This document shows, piece by piece, positions 63,265-64,000 of a stretch of DNA of 64,000 nucleotides. Below the pieces are notes generated by a model. That model worked only from the letters and a program-made list of their open reading frames with translations, ran no database searches and was not told the DNA's origin. The stretch's first letter is position 1, and the number at the start of each line of letters is the position of its first letter. The translations under genes were made by a program, and so were the position numbers. This DNA comes from Centroscyllium fabricii (lineage: Eukaryota): assembly GCA_051313645.2 (NCBI GenBank), contig JBNRSN020000033.1, positions 39,246,001 to 39,310,000 on the forward strand. Direction: 5' to 3'.

Positions 63265-63745
63265 AAACAGAAAATACTGGAAATACTCAGCAGGTCAGGC
63301 AGCATCTGTGAAGAGAGAGGCAGAGTTAACGTTTCAGGTCGATGACCTTTCATCAGAACTGGAAAAAAACAGGGAATGGAACAGATTTTTAATCAAGTGA
63401 AGGGTCTGGGAAACGGGGGAGGGGATGACAGAACAAACCTTTTCTTAACCGTGTCCCATCACCGTCTCCTCTCGCCTCGCACCATCTCTCAATTTCTCTT
63501 AACCTCTCCGGTCTTCTGTCCTATCACAGACCCTCCCCTTTTCTTCTTTCTTCCCCCCGCCTTTCCCCAGCCCCCACTTGCTTAAAAATCTGTTCCATTT
63601 GCTGCTTTTTTCCAGTTCTGACGAATGGTCATCGATCTGGAACGTTAACTGTTTCTCGCTTCACAGATGCTGCCTGACCTGCTGCGTATCTCCAGCATTT
63701 TCAGCCTTCATCTCAAATTTCCAGCGTCTGCAGTATTTTCTTTTT
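63265..63745. mobile_element. Inverted pair of Penelope pseudo-LTRs, each with a hammerhead motif
   Basis: Minus copy about 63265-63440, plus copy about 63480-63745 (degenerate motif at 63614-63650). Confidence 0.8.
63324..63360 (-). ncRNA. Intact minimal hammerhead ribozyme motif (family 1)
   Basis: Minus strand AGTT-CTGATGA-A-AGGTC atc GACCT-GAAAC-GTT-AACT. Confidence 0.8.
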
Positions 63746-64000
63746 GGATACGATAATGGATGGTGTGCGAGAGGGGCATTGCAAAGATCAGTGTGGTCCT
63801 GCGTTAGCTTTGAATTATGAAATCCATTAACATTAGCATCGAGTGTTTCCAGTCCCATTTCAATGTAAATAAGATTTCCTCTACTCTGCCTCCAACAATG
63901 AGCCTTGACCCACACCCCCAACTTTAAAAACATTCGACTATGGCACCGTATGACGTACAACATTTCTCACACTGCCTCTCTTTATGACTTCTCTCAGTGA

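Overview
Repeat-dense vertebrate genomic DNA, very probably a shark or other cartilaginous fish (HE1-type V-SINEs, CR1/HER1-type LINEs, Deu-domain SINEs). The only host gene I can support is the last coding exon of LRFN1/SALM2 (minus strand, 33663-34566: end of FN3, TM helix, cytoplasmic tail ending in the PDZ ligand ESTV). No upstream LRFN1 exon is visible, so 34567-64000 is probably one large intron. The rest is mostly nested mobile elements: a full-length decayed Gypsy element (6434-11495), a near-intact CsRn1-like Gypsy (43257-47673) and an internally deleted relative (56173-58556), a fragmented ERV lacking RT (about 42675-55671), four solo LTRs, many CR1/RTE LINE pieces, V-SINEs, Harbinger-like and Tc1/mariner-like MITEs, and Penelope-like elements. 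Most notable: (1) at least eight minimal hammerhead ribozyme motifs of two Penelope-associated families, two of them interrupted by other transposons at the catalytic core; (2) a Gypsy element whose primer-binding position is a perfect 15-nt complement of its own LTR poly(A)-signal region instead of a tRNA; (3) a local SINE 3'-transduction with a re-acquired tail; (4) an in-frame PR-IN ERV with no RT. Repeat boundaries without a stated TSD are approximate, and family names come from motif recognition, not database searches.
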